Shown here one piece after another: positions 26,526 to 40,720 of a DNA stretch of 64,000 bases; the stretch's first letter is position 1, and every line of letters starts with the position of its first letter. The stretch is from Paraspadella gotoi (taxonomy: Eukaryota > Animalia > Chaetognatha). The notes below the pieces were generated by a model. That model worked only from the letters and a program-made list of their open reading frames with translations. It had not been told where the DNA came from and did not search any database. The translations under genes were made by a program, and so were the position numbers. The DNA is taken from contig CM119268.1 in assembly GCA_051294375.1 (NCBI GenBank), forward strand, positions 4,144,404-4,208,403, written 5' to 3'.

Positions 26526-28588
26526 ACAGTGAGATAGCCCATCCCAATGGCATCAACAGGCCAACCGGCTGTTGCCATAATAATCCATTATCAACGGTCC
26601 TTGGAAAATTTTAGGATATAGGAAAAATATCATTTGTTTACATTTTATATAAACAATTTTTTCTATTTTTATCTATACATACAAATTATATTTATAAAAT
26701 AAGGTCTTTCTCTCTTTTATTCTTCCAATTATATGTCCGCGCTCCTCTCTCTCTTTTCTTAATCGCCGGTTCTTTGATTGGTCAATAAACGAATTGATTC
26801 TGCATTAATGCACTCTTTTTTTTTATTATTATAATTATTATTATTTATCAGTTTTTCGAACTCGGATTTAAGCCTATACCGCTTTGGGTGTATCAAATGT
26901 TTGAAGGCGCCGGGGAACAAAAAAGTAAAATGGAATCTGAATTGGCACCTGCAACCTGAACTATATGTTGAGCGCAGGGCATAAAAGTAAAATGAATCTG
27001 TATTGGACTGCAACTGAATAAATGGTNNNNNNNNNNNNNNNNNNNNNNNNNCTCATAATTCACGACAACCGAGAATCAGGAAAGAGGGAAAAGATAAGGA
27101 AAAGGGAGGAAAGATAAATTGGTAGGGAGAGAGAGATGGGTATACTCAGAAGCTCGAATCAGCGCAGCCTCCGGGAGCAGCCGCGCGGCGGCCGAGCGGC
27201 TTCTCTGCCTTCGACTTCTTCGCTCGGCTCTTCTTCTCCTCTTCTCTTCCCTTCTCCCTTATCTCCCGATCCGTTGATGCGCGGTTCTGCAAAGTCGATC
27301 CGATCGGAGCTGCAGCGGATAACCTTACTCTTTTCCTCTCTCTCTCTTACTCATCGTCAACCCGAGAGGCTCTTCTCTCTGCCTCGACCGATCGATCATC
27401 GGTTCGCGCGGATCCGTGAGTCTCTTTTAAAGAGCATAACGGCTTTTTTGAAAATATTACATTTTGTAGGGTCATTTCACGATGTCAAAAAAAAAAGAAA
27501 AAAACAAAAAACAAAAGAAAGACAGAAAAACGAGAGAAACGAAAGAAAGAAAAAAAAAAGGAAAAAAATATTAAAAAATTTAAGACAACAAATTTTTTTT
27601 AATATTAATTTTGAGCTTAAAATATACTATCAATAAAAAAGATATAATCTAAAAATAATGATTAAATATGCTGAAAACAATTGAAAATATGATAAAGAAT
27701 AAAAATGATCGTAAATAGATGAATAGATAATTATTGCCATTTTGTTACGTGAGGAACGTATGAAGAGTAAAGAGTAGAAACAATTTTTAGAATCAAGTAG
27801 AATCAAAATTTGAGCTTTGGCACAATGAAATTTTATAAATAATGTTTTTTTTTTATTTTAATTTTTGCATAGCCAAATATTTTATACCATAGTAAATGTC
27901 AAAATTTTAACATATTTTTTCTTATTTTTGAAAGCAAAGATTTAATTTCTCCATTAATTTAAATTTAATATCTCGATTGACTAAATAATCAAATTCTTCT
28001 AAAAAAAGTCTAGCACATGTTTTTTAAGGTTTGCCATTTTGTCCTCAGAAAGCTTCCTTAGTGGTCCTACTGTTTTGAGAGGTCGCCTTAAGCCTTATAC
28101 CAGGAAGTGGAGCCAAAGTTGAAAACAAAGCCATGCAAACATTTGTCTGGAATCCTAAAGCGTACTACTACTACTACTACTACTAACTACTAAATACTAC
28201 TACTACTACTACTACTGTACTACTACTATTTAATTAATATAATTAAATATCTGACATTATCATTTTCACTCATTTCTAAAATTTTAGTATTTCTTCTCCG
28301 ACCCAAATGAGGTCTTTGATTTGAGCAATCAACTTGATTGAAATGATAGAAAGAAGAGAGACCCAGAGCAAGAAGAGCACAGAAAGAGAAGAGAGAGAGA
28401 GAGAGAGATAATCCCACCGGCCCCGATCCGCTCGGACTCTTCGACCGGAAGAAGCCGATCACCATCCGAGAGAGAGAAAATCTCCCCGATCCGAGCGGAA
28501 GAAGCCCGGAAGGTAGAGTGATCGTCGGCAGCGCCGAGCCCGCTGCTCCGGTGGACGGCTGCGTTCGGGAGAGCTGAGTATATGACTC

Positions 28589-28637
<49 letters not shown>

Positions 28638-30304
28638 GGGAGAGAGAGGGAGAGAGAGAGAAAGGGAGGAAGAGGGCGAGAGAGGGAGAGAGGAGAGAGA
28701 GAGGGAGAGAGAGAGAGAGGGAAAAAAGAGGGAGGGAGAGAGAGAGAGAGAGTGAGAGAGAGAGAGAATGAAGAGAGGGAAAGGAGAAAAAATAAATAAA
28801 AGACAAAAAATAAAGGGGGGGGAAGAGAGAGGGAGGAGAGAGAGAAAAGGGAGAGAGAGGGGAGGAGAGAGGAGGGGAGAGGAGAGGAAGAGAGAGAGAG
28901 GAGAGAGAAGAGAGGAGAGAGAGAGAGAGAGGAAAGAGAGAGAGAAAGAGAGAAGAGAGAGATTGATCATTCTGGAAATTAAAGGAAACTTCGAGAAAAA
29001 AATTGATGAAAACTACAAATAATAAAATAAAAAGTAAAAAATCACTAATTTAATTAACGTATAATAAATTAGTAGTAACTGTGGAAGAAAGTTAAACAAG
29101 ATGACGTTAAAGTTAAGTTAAAGTTAAAGTTAACGTTAAGTTAAAGTTAAAGTAAAGTTAAGAACATGTCGACGATCGAGAACAAAGAAAATTGTAATTG
29201 TTTGAAACAATTGCGTCAACAGCGATCGACATTTGCTTCCTGCAGATAATTCTCTTCTCTTCTCTCTCTCTCTCCTCTCTCTCCTTCCCTTCTCTCTCTC
29301 CTTCGCCTCTCTCTCTCGAATCTCTCTCTCATCTCTCTCCTCTCTCATCTCTCCTCACCCATTAAATTCGCGCTCACAACCTTTCTGTTCAAATATCGCA
29401 AGCCGAAATAAAATACGTGAACGAGCACGAAATCTTTTCAGCAACATTTTTTTTTTCAATCGATAAATTCATTCAAACTAAAAAAAAAATCAAATAAAAT
29501 ATCGGTTTAATTGGAAATTCCGGCGAAAGCAAAATTGGAATTGGTCTCAACAATTTGGTTGATATCAAATCTTAATTTATAATATTTTTTTCATTCGAAG
29601 GAATGAGTTGCGTAACGGAATTTAATTCATTCTTGTTTCAATGAAGGAGCCGATTGTGATTTCCTCCAAGTCGGGGAAACGTAAAAAGGAATCGAATCCG
29701 GCATCCCGCAACAGAAATAAATGTTTTGAGGCGGCCAGGGAACAAAAAAAGCAAATGGAGAGTTAATTGGCGCTGCAAACAGAATAAATGTTTGAGGCGC
29801 CTGGGACCAAAACAATAAATTGGGGATAAAATCCGCTCACGCAAAAACAGAAATGAATGTTTTAGGCGCCAAGGGAACAAAAAAATAAAATGGAATCTGA
29901 ATTGGAAACTGCAACTGAATTAAATGTTTGGAGGGCGCGCAGGGGACAAAATAATTTGGGTTCGGAAATCTGCTCTGCATAAACAATAAATGTTTTGTGG
30001 CGCCAAGGGAAGAAAAAAAGGCAAATGGAGATTAAATTGGCACTGCAACCTGATAAATGTTTGAGGCGCCAGGGGACAAAATAAATGAATCTGTATTGGG
30101 CACTGCAACTGAATATGTTTGAGGCCAGGGAAGAAAAAAGAAATGGAGATTAAATTGGCATGATTTGCACTGAATAAGTGTTTGAGGTGCCAAGGGGACA
30201 AAACAATAAATTGGGGTTCGTAACTCTGCTCTGCAAACAGAATAAATGTTTGTGGCGCCAGGGAAGAAAAAAGGAATGGAGATTAAATTGGCGCTGCAAC
30301 AGAA

Positions 30305-33466
<3,162 letters not shown>

Positions 33467-34408
33467 TTCAAGCTGAGGGAATAAAAAGACCAAAAACGAG
33501 AACGAATAAAAAACGAGTAAAATTATAGGAAAAAGAACATGAACAGAAAAAAATAAGAACAACAGGAAAAGGAAGAACAAGAAGAATAGGAGGAATTAAA
33601 AAGAACAATAAGGTGAAATAAGAATAAGAACAATAAAAGGAAAAAAATAATAAGAAAAATAATAGAGGAAGAAAAAAAAATAAAAGGAAAAAAAAATTAA
33701 AAGGAAAAAAAATAACAATAAGAAAAATGGAGGTAAGAACAAAACCAATAAAAGGAAAAAAAGACAATAAGAACAAAGAAGGAAAAAGAACAATGAGAAT
33801 AAGAGAAAAACGGAAAAGAAATAAAGAAAAAAACCCGAAAAGAATTTAAGTAGTCGACGTCGCACTGATTAAAAATGCAAATTTCATTGAACGACTCAAA
33901 TCCCCGAAGAAAGGAAGAGAAAAAATCCGGGATATACGTCGACGAAATTGTCGTTGCGTCGGCAAGATCGTCGTTGGTCGGCAAGATCGTCGTTGAGTCG
34001 CAATATCTCGTTGTGTCGGCAAAATTTAGTTGCGTCGGCAAAATCGTTGTTGTGTTGTCTGGTATATTCGTTGTGGTTGCATGATAGGATGTCATTGCGT
34101 CCTTGCGTTGTCATTGTTTGTCAAGATAATCACTGCGTCGGAAAAATCTTCATTGTGTTGATCGTCATTTTTAATAATTAAATCGAGTTGAAATGAAAAA
34201 TGTATTAACCCGTGCATGTACTCATCGATAGAGTAAGATTGCAATTTTTTATCTTTTATTATTGGTTTTAATCGTTTATTCTTTAATCTTGGTTTTAGTA
34301 TTTTAATTTTAATCATTGGCATGAATCGTTTAATATTTTTAATTTTGGTTTTAATGTATTTAGTATTTTTTAATCTTGGTTTTAATCTTTTAATGTTGGT
34401 TTTGATCT

Positions 34409-34506
34409 TTTACAAAGAATTTTATTCGCGTTTGTTTACAACGATTTTTATTTCAATTTTAAAATAAAAATCGTTGTAAACAAACACGAATAAAATTCTT
34501 TGTAAA
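34409..34506. repeat. Near-perfect 98-bp palindrome (45-bp arms, one mismatch)
   Basis: TTTACAAAGAATTTTATTCGCGTTTGTTTACAACGATTTTTATTT pairs with AAATAAAAATCGTTGTAAACAAACACGAATAAAATTCTTTGTAAA. Confidence 0.9.
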
Positions 34507-34747
34507 TCTCTATAACACAAAGAAAAGAAAGTATTACTCAATCTCAGAATATTTTTATCTTGGTTTTAATCTTTTAATCTTGGTTTTCTTGTATTTGCGA
34601 GAAACTGAACGGAGTCCGAATTCAGTTGGGCTGGAACTTCTCTCTTTAACTGGTCTCTCTTTGGAAGCAGGTAATGGCTCGCTTATGGCACCGGTTATAC
34701 CTGAGATAAAAAGGAGAAGAGAAGAGAGGAGAGAGAGAGGCAGGAAG

Positions 34748-34803
<56 letters not shown>

Positions 34804-35659
34804 GAGAGAGCAGAGAGGAGATATTTATGCTCGGCGGCAGACACAAATCATACCTGAATCTCATCGTTCGAGGAAGAAATAAAGGCGAAAAGCGAGAAAG
34901 AGTGAAAAAAAAGAAGAGAGGTGGGACGAGCGAGGGAGATGGAAGGAGAGAGAGAGAGAGAACGAGAGAGAGAGAGAGAGAGACACGAGAGAGCAGAGAG
35001 AGAGAGAGACGATAGAGAGAAATAAAAAAAGGAAGCGACGGTGGAAAAACTGCGTGAGGAAGACGAAAACAGTTAAAAAGAAAAGGGAAGGAAACGATTT
35101 TCAGTTATGGGATTTCACAATTTTTTTTGCTTTTTGTTTTTGTTTTTTCTAGTAAAAATTCTTTCTTGTTTTGGCATTTTTTCCTTTTCTCAGAAAAGAA
35201 ATAGGAGAGAACCGTTTTAACATTTGTAATTACTCGGAGTTAAGTTCGTTACTAACTTATTCATTACGCGCATAATTTCGTACCAGAAACAAGAATGGAA
35301 ACAATGTTCTTGTTCCTCCTCAGTTCTTCACTTTTGTACCTGAGTAACGTGACAAAGAACGTGACAGAAAAAACAAAACGAAAAGGAAGAATCACCATTC
35401 GCTCTTTTGTCTCACGCTCGAGGCGCGAGATTCGTCACACTAAACTAGGGAAATTGTTGAAAACGTTTCGTGTCGAAGTCATTGGCGTCAAATGAGACGC
35501 TGAGCAAATTTCATTGTAGTATTCCATTGTATTTTTAAATTGGTTAAATCTGATTAAATGAAAGCGACATAAAAGTTAATTAATTATTCACTAGTTATCT
35601 ATTAAGGCATATAATTCTGAGAAAAATTTTTTGATATCTTGGTTGATAAGAATGTGGGA

Positions 35660-36520
35660 GAGCTGGAAATGCCAAAGCGCTGGAATGCCCCTAAGAGCTG
35701 GAATGCCAAAGCGGCGATGCCCGCAGTAGATTGCCTGGAAGAGCACGAAGCGCTGGAATGCCACTAAGAGCTGGCAATGCGAAAAGTGGAATGCCACCGA
35801 ACAGCTGGAATGCCGAGAGTGGAATGCCGACAAACAGCTAGAATGCCGAAGAACTGCCATTGCCACAAGAGCTGAATGACGAGAACTAGATGAACATTAG
35901 AATGCACCAAGGCTGGAATGCCGAAGGAGTTGGAATGCCACCAAAGAGCTGGAATGCCGAAGCCTCTGGCAATGCCACCAAGACGCTGGAATGCCAAAGA
36001 GTGTGGGAAATTGGCCACCCAGAGCTGGAATGCGACAAAGAGTTGGAATGCCACAAGATGAGATTCGAGGTGGAAGACAACTGAACCAAGAGTGGAATAG
36101 CCAACGACGAAGAGTAAGCACAGCTGGGAATGCCGAGCTGCTGGAAATGCCCACAAGGAGAGCTGAATGGCCGAAGAGTTGGAATGCCCACCAAGAGCTG
36201 GCAATGCCGAAGCGCTAATTGCACAATGGAATGCCAAGAGTAGGCTGATGCCGAGCAGTGGAATGCCAAGAGGTTGGAAATGCCAAGAGTTTATCCACAA
36301 GAGCTGGAAATACCGAAGGTTTGAATGCCACCAAGAGCTGGATGCCGAAGAGGTTGGAATGCCACCAAGAGCCTGGAATGCCGAGGTGCTGGAAATGCCT
36401 GCAAGACGCCTAGGAATGCCGAAGAGTTGGAATGCCACCAAGAGCTGGAAATGCCCAAGTGACGTGGAATGCTCGAGCTGAATGCAAGATTGCAATGCCA
36501 CCAAGCGATGCCCAGAGTTG
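35660..36520 (+). repeat. ~17-20-bp minisatellite, core AGAGCTGGAATGCC
   Basis: Dozens of GGAATGCC-containing units followed by GAAG or ACCAAG. Confidence 0.9.
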
Positions 36521-38272
36521 ATGTGCAATCTTGAAAACCGAGACGAACGCAAACAATAATGATTGATCTCTGTTCTATTCAGAGGATTAATAAGTCGCGA
36601 CTGAATCTTTTCAGGTTTTTTTTCCCTGTCTAATCATTTCATTTTCGATTCATTTTGTTGGTTGGGGAGGAACCGACTTTAATGAATGAAAAAAAAACCC
36701 ACAACGGTTTTCGAGAAAAACAAAATATTTCCCGATAGAACTTTGAGAAAATTCTTTTGTTTCCCTATATAATTTATAGCACACATTTTCTTGTAAACTT
36801 TTTGTCAAACTATAATCTTAAAACTATTCAAAACGAAATTTTCTTAAAATTTTTCTTTAGATATAATCTGTGGTGTGGATATTTTTTTTATTTTTCTAAT
36901 ATTTTTTTATAATTTTTTAATCTTATTGTTTATCTAACTCGAGCAAAAAAAAGAGAGTCGAGAACTTTTTAATCTAAAATCGAAACGCGCAGGCTATTTT
37001 TTTTTTAAAATTTTAGTTTGTTTCTTGTTCCAGACCATCTTGAAACCAAATTCATCTCTGCCTCCTCTCTCTCTCATTCCTCTCTCTCTCTCTCTCTCAG
37101 CTCTCTCGTCTCTCTCTCGTCTCTCTCTCTCTCTCTCTCTCTCTCATCGTCCCTCCGTTTCTTGCTGCTTCTCATTCGAATTCGCGCATCAAAGTTAATG
37201 CGACAACAGGAGAGCGAGAGAGACAAGCCAGAGGCAAACCAGATCAACAGGCAATGAGAGAAGAGAGAGAGAGAGAGGAGAGAGACAGGAGATGAGAGAA
37301 GAGAGAGAGAGAGAGGAGAGGAAAAGGAAGGGAATAATTTTAGCTTGGAGGCGTATAACTGCGGGCCTTTTCTCACATCCGCGCGGTCACGGTGAGAATA
37401 GAAAAGCAAGGAAGAGAGAAGAAATAGAAGCAAGACTGGAGATGAGAGAGAGAGAGAGTGTAAGTGAAAGGAAGAGAGAGGGAGAGAGGAAACCAAATAA
37501 TTGTGAATAGGAAGCATATTTATTATTGGTAAGAAGAGATTAGTAATATTTATAAAATTAGATAAATATGATAGCAGTAATTTTCATATAATTTCAATAA
37601 AAAATACAACATTTTCGTTCTAGGCGGAGATGGAAAAGAAAAAGATGATCAACAATGATGAGACAGGAGAGATGAAGACAAGAGAGGAAAGAAAAGAGGA
37701 AAAAGAAAGGCAAAGAGAAGAAAAGAAAAGAGAAAAAATCAAAGGAAGAGAGAAAAGAAAAGAGAAGAGAAAAATAAAAAAGAAGGAAAAGAAAAATAAG
37801 AGAATAGAAAGAAGAAAAGAAAAGAAAGAAAGAGAAGAGAAAGAAAGGAGAAAAAAAAGAAAAAAAATAAGAGGAAAGAAGAAACAAAAGAAAAAGGGAG
37901 AGAAGAAATGAAAAGAAAAGAGAAAAAAGAAAGAAGGAAGAAAAGAAAAGAGAAGAAAAAAAAGGAAGGAAGAAAAAAAAGAGAAGGAAAGAGAGATACG
38001 AGGAGATCACGAGGGTGAAGATCGTTTGAGAAGAGGAAGAGAGAGGAGAGGAGGAGGAGGAGGAAGAAGGAGGAATGGAGAAGTTGTGTGACCCAGTTGA
38101 GCGGCGGGTGAGAGAAAAGGTAACAAAATGTGAGATTTGAAAACATACGAGTGGATCAATATATCATTGTGAGGAGAATTGTGATAGAGATCTAAGATTA
38201 TAAGGTGAACACTCAACGTCACTAAATACTTAACGTCTGTTCTCAGAAGCATTGTAAAGTCTGTTCGTTAGG

Positions 38273-38491
38273 CTATGTCTTCTCTTCCACATTTCGAGAA
38301 TCAAGAGTTTGAAGAGGAAAAGACGGAACGCACTCGGAGGAAGGGTGAGTTTGATTGTAAGGCGCCTGGGTTACGGGTGAAAGGAGTGAGATCGGGGTGA
38401 AGCTGGTGTGAGTTTTTGGGTGAGTGACGTTCGTGAGACGACCCAGCATAAACGGTGACCCTCTCCCAAAAATATCTCCCGAAATGACCGT
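38273..38491 (-). CDS. IgSF type-I membrane protein (gene A), probable last exon, cytoplasmic tail
   Basis: Open frame TVISGDIFGRGSPFMLG...RNVEEKT*, phase-0 compatible with the upstream exon. The acceptor reads ttttccccg, one base short of AG (probable sequence error). Confidence 0.55.
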   Translation of the reverse strand, partial: TVISGDIFGRGSPFMLGRLTNVTHPKTHTSFTPISLLSPVTQAPYNQTHPSSECVPSFPLQTLDSRNVEEKT

Positions 38492-39137
38492 CGGGGAAAA
38501 AGAAGAGGATAAAAAAAAAAAGAAACAAAAAATATTTTTCCCCAAAGCGTTTAAAAAAAAATATACGGCGTAAGAAAAATCATATAAATTACAAAAAAAA
38601 ATATCGAGAAACGTAATAACAATATACATAATATCTATATAAACATTATTAGCGGAATATACAATTTAAGAAAATAAAAAAGGACTCCAACCAAAAGCGA
38701 GGAAAAAAAAGAATTTATGTTTAATTTTGATAAGAGTATGAGATCGTAAAATACGACTGACAAAACATTTACTAAAAAAATTTAACAGAAGAAAATAGCA
38801 AAAGTGCAGAAGGAAATAAGAATTAAACATAAAACTTAAAATTAAAAAGTGAGAGAGAAACAACAAACGCGTGAACATGTACTAACAGCAAGAAATTTTC
38901 TTTTTTTATTACGTCGCGTTAATCGAATATGAAATTTGATTATTATTGGATTTTTTTCTTTTACTTTCGTCGCCTGTACTGTAATTTAATATTTACATAG
39001 TTTTATACTTTTTTCCACTTTTTCACGCATCGTGAACTTTGTTTACAGCCACGACCCCCTGGCGAGGATTTTATCGCTCTCTCTCGCTCTCGCTCTCTCT
39101 CTCTCTCTCGCTCTCGCTCTCGCTCTCTCTCTCTCAC

Positions 39138-39412
39138 CTCCCGCGAAGACACTTCCGTCTGTAAAGTCGCGATCTGCGTCGACGCCGGAACCACGCCCAC
39201 TCCGCCGCCGACACCCCCGACGCCGACGTTAAAGGCCGGCGTCAACTGGTAGATCTCTCCGTTGGAGTAAGCGCCGGGCGCGATGTCCACCGTGCGGATC
39301 TGCGGCAGCGAGAGGCTGCTCCTGACGCCCGGCGTGGCCAGCGTCAGCAGCGGCAGAGTGATGGTGCGGGAAACCTGAGCCATGTGGGCCGCCTCTTCGG
39401 GGGAGGGGAAGC
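39138..39412 (-). CDS. IgSF gene A, cytoplasmic exon
   Basis: GC-rich island. Acceptor cgccag|, donor GAG|GTGAGA, phase 1 to 0. GFPSPEEAAHMAQVSRTITLPLL...GAYSNGEIYQL...EVSSRE. Confidence 0.75.
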
Positions 39413-39812
39413 CTGGCGAGGGGAGGTGGGGAAGGAGGGGAGAGGGAGGGGAATTGAGAGTGAAAGAGAAAGAGAAAGAGAAAGAGAAAGAGAAAGAGAA
39501 AGTGGGCAAAAGAGATTAATGATTTGACTGTTTAATAAGGATATTCGATATTTTAATTATGCGGTGAGATTACGTCATCTATTTGTCTTTCAGTTGGCTC
39601 GTCTTTCTGACTTTTTATTCATGTATTTGTCTTTCTCTCGATCTATTAATCTATCTAATCTATCAATCTATTTCTTAAATATATCTATCTTTCTACTAAT
39701 TCCCGATTGGCTTCAATATTTGGTTAAACTTTACATATTTAACCGAATCAAAGGGCACACTACACACTGCACAATGCACAGTGCACCAGGCACAATCACA
39801 CAGTGGACTTAC

Positions 39813-39863
39813 CCGTGTTGTAGGATTGCGACATCGTCATTCCCGTCGCGTTCATCGTCGTCA
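39813..39863 (-). CDS. IgSF gene A, 51-nt cytoplasmic exon
   Basis: Acceptor tttttttcag|, consensus donor G|GTAAGT, phase 1-1. Encodes (V)TTMNATGMTMSQSYNT(G) and joins both neighbouring exons in frame. Confidence 0.75.
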
Positions 39864-40519
39864 CTGAAAAAAAAATCTTAATAAATGATATTTAAAAACA
39901 AAAAAATAATAAATAAGCGGATTTAATAAAGAGAAACGTTCCCGTCGTAAATTAAGCCGTTTTTTTATTATCGTAAATAATTGAATCTTTTATCGTCATC
40001 ATCATCGTCGTTGTTGTCGTTGTCTTTTCCTTTTGTATCCGATTTCTGTTATAAACTTCGTTCTTTTCATCGAATATACCATCCATCAGTATAGACTTTG
40101 TCACCGTCGTTGTCAGCTTCTCTCAATATATATCAACTTTTCTATTCCGCTTTAAATATTGAAAAGAATACAGGTAATAGTATAATCTTATACGACTCTA
40201 TTAAATGTTCCTGATAAGATACCAGTAATACTTGCCTGTTTCTAGAAGCGTAAAGTGAAAAAATCATGAAATTGGTAAAACTAACAAACAAAATTTCTAT
40301 TCCTTCAATAAATAGCTCACTTGCTTGCTGACTTTGGACAGAGAAGCAGCAAGCTTACAAATAAGACTATCTCACAGACGAAGGCTATTAACTTCCTAGA
40401 TATAGTGTTTCCCCAACACTTAGTGGTAAAACGTATTTTATTAAGTTTTGTAGTATTGCATTCTAACGAGCTTCAAATAAAAATAACTCTCAGGAAATTG
40501 GTTAAACCTAAAAAATAAT

Positions 40520-40720
40520 ATCTATGGCGAGGGGAGAATGCCTGTGATACACGGGGCGATGAGTATTTCATCACTGCGTAAGGGCTGCGGGCCTCAGTGA
40601 CAGTTTCCTATCAATGGCTGTTTAGACCGCGCCGTCACATTGATGTCAGAAACGGGATAACCAGGGATTGAACCCAACGCACATACAGATAATTTAGCCT
40701 ACACACAGCCATCGAGACGA
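40520..40720 (-). mobile_element. Possible tRNA-derived SINE
   Basis: Minus strand has an A-box-like TGGCTGTGTGTAGG and B-box GGGTTCAATCCC at plausible spacing, followed by a GC-richer body ending in a T/A tract. Confidence 0.35.

Larger units (their letters stand above)
25833..26579 (+). mobile_element. Miniature non-autonomous LTR-like element (TRIM/retrozyme-like): repeats 25833-26088 and 26326-26579
   Basis: Two ~255-bp direct repeats, each starting TGTGGCGG and ending TTGCCATA (imperfect terminal inversion). GC-rich insert in AT-rich flanks; flanks ATAT / ATAAT are a possible TSD. The 237-bp non-coding core has three ~30-bp repeats (GxACGCTACGACAAAxCGCCTAxTGCCC). Confidence 0.75.

Noticed and set aside
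25834-26537. 214-aa and 164-aa ORFs over the LTR-like element
   Set aside because: No gag, pol or other motifs, and the frames differ between the two repeats, so they are incidental to GC-rich non-coding sequence.
35764-36552. 262-aa ORF and overlapping ORFs
   Set aside because: They are translations of the GGAATGCC minisatellite.
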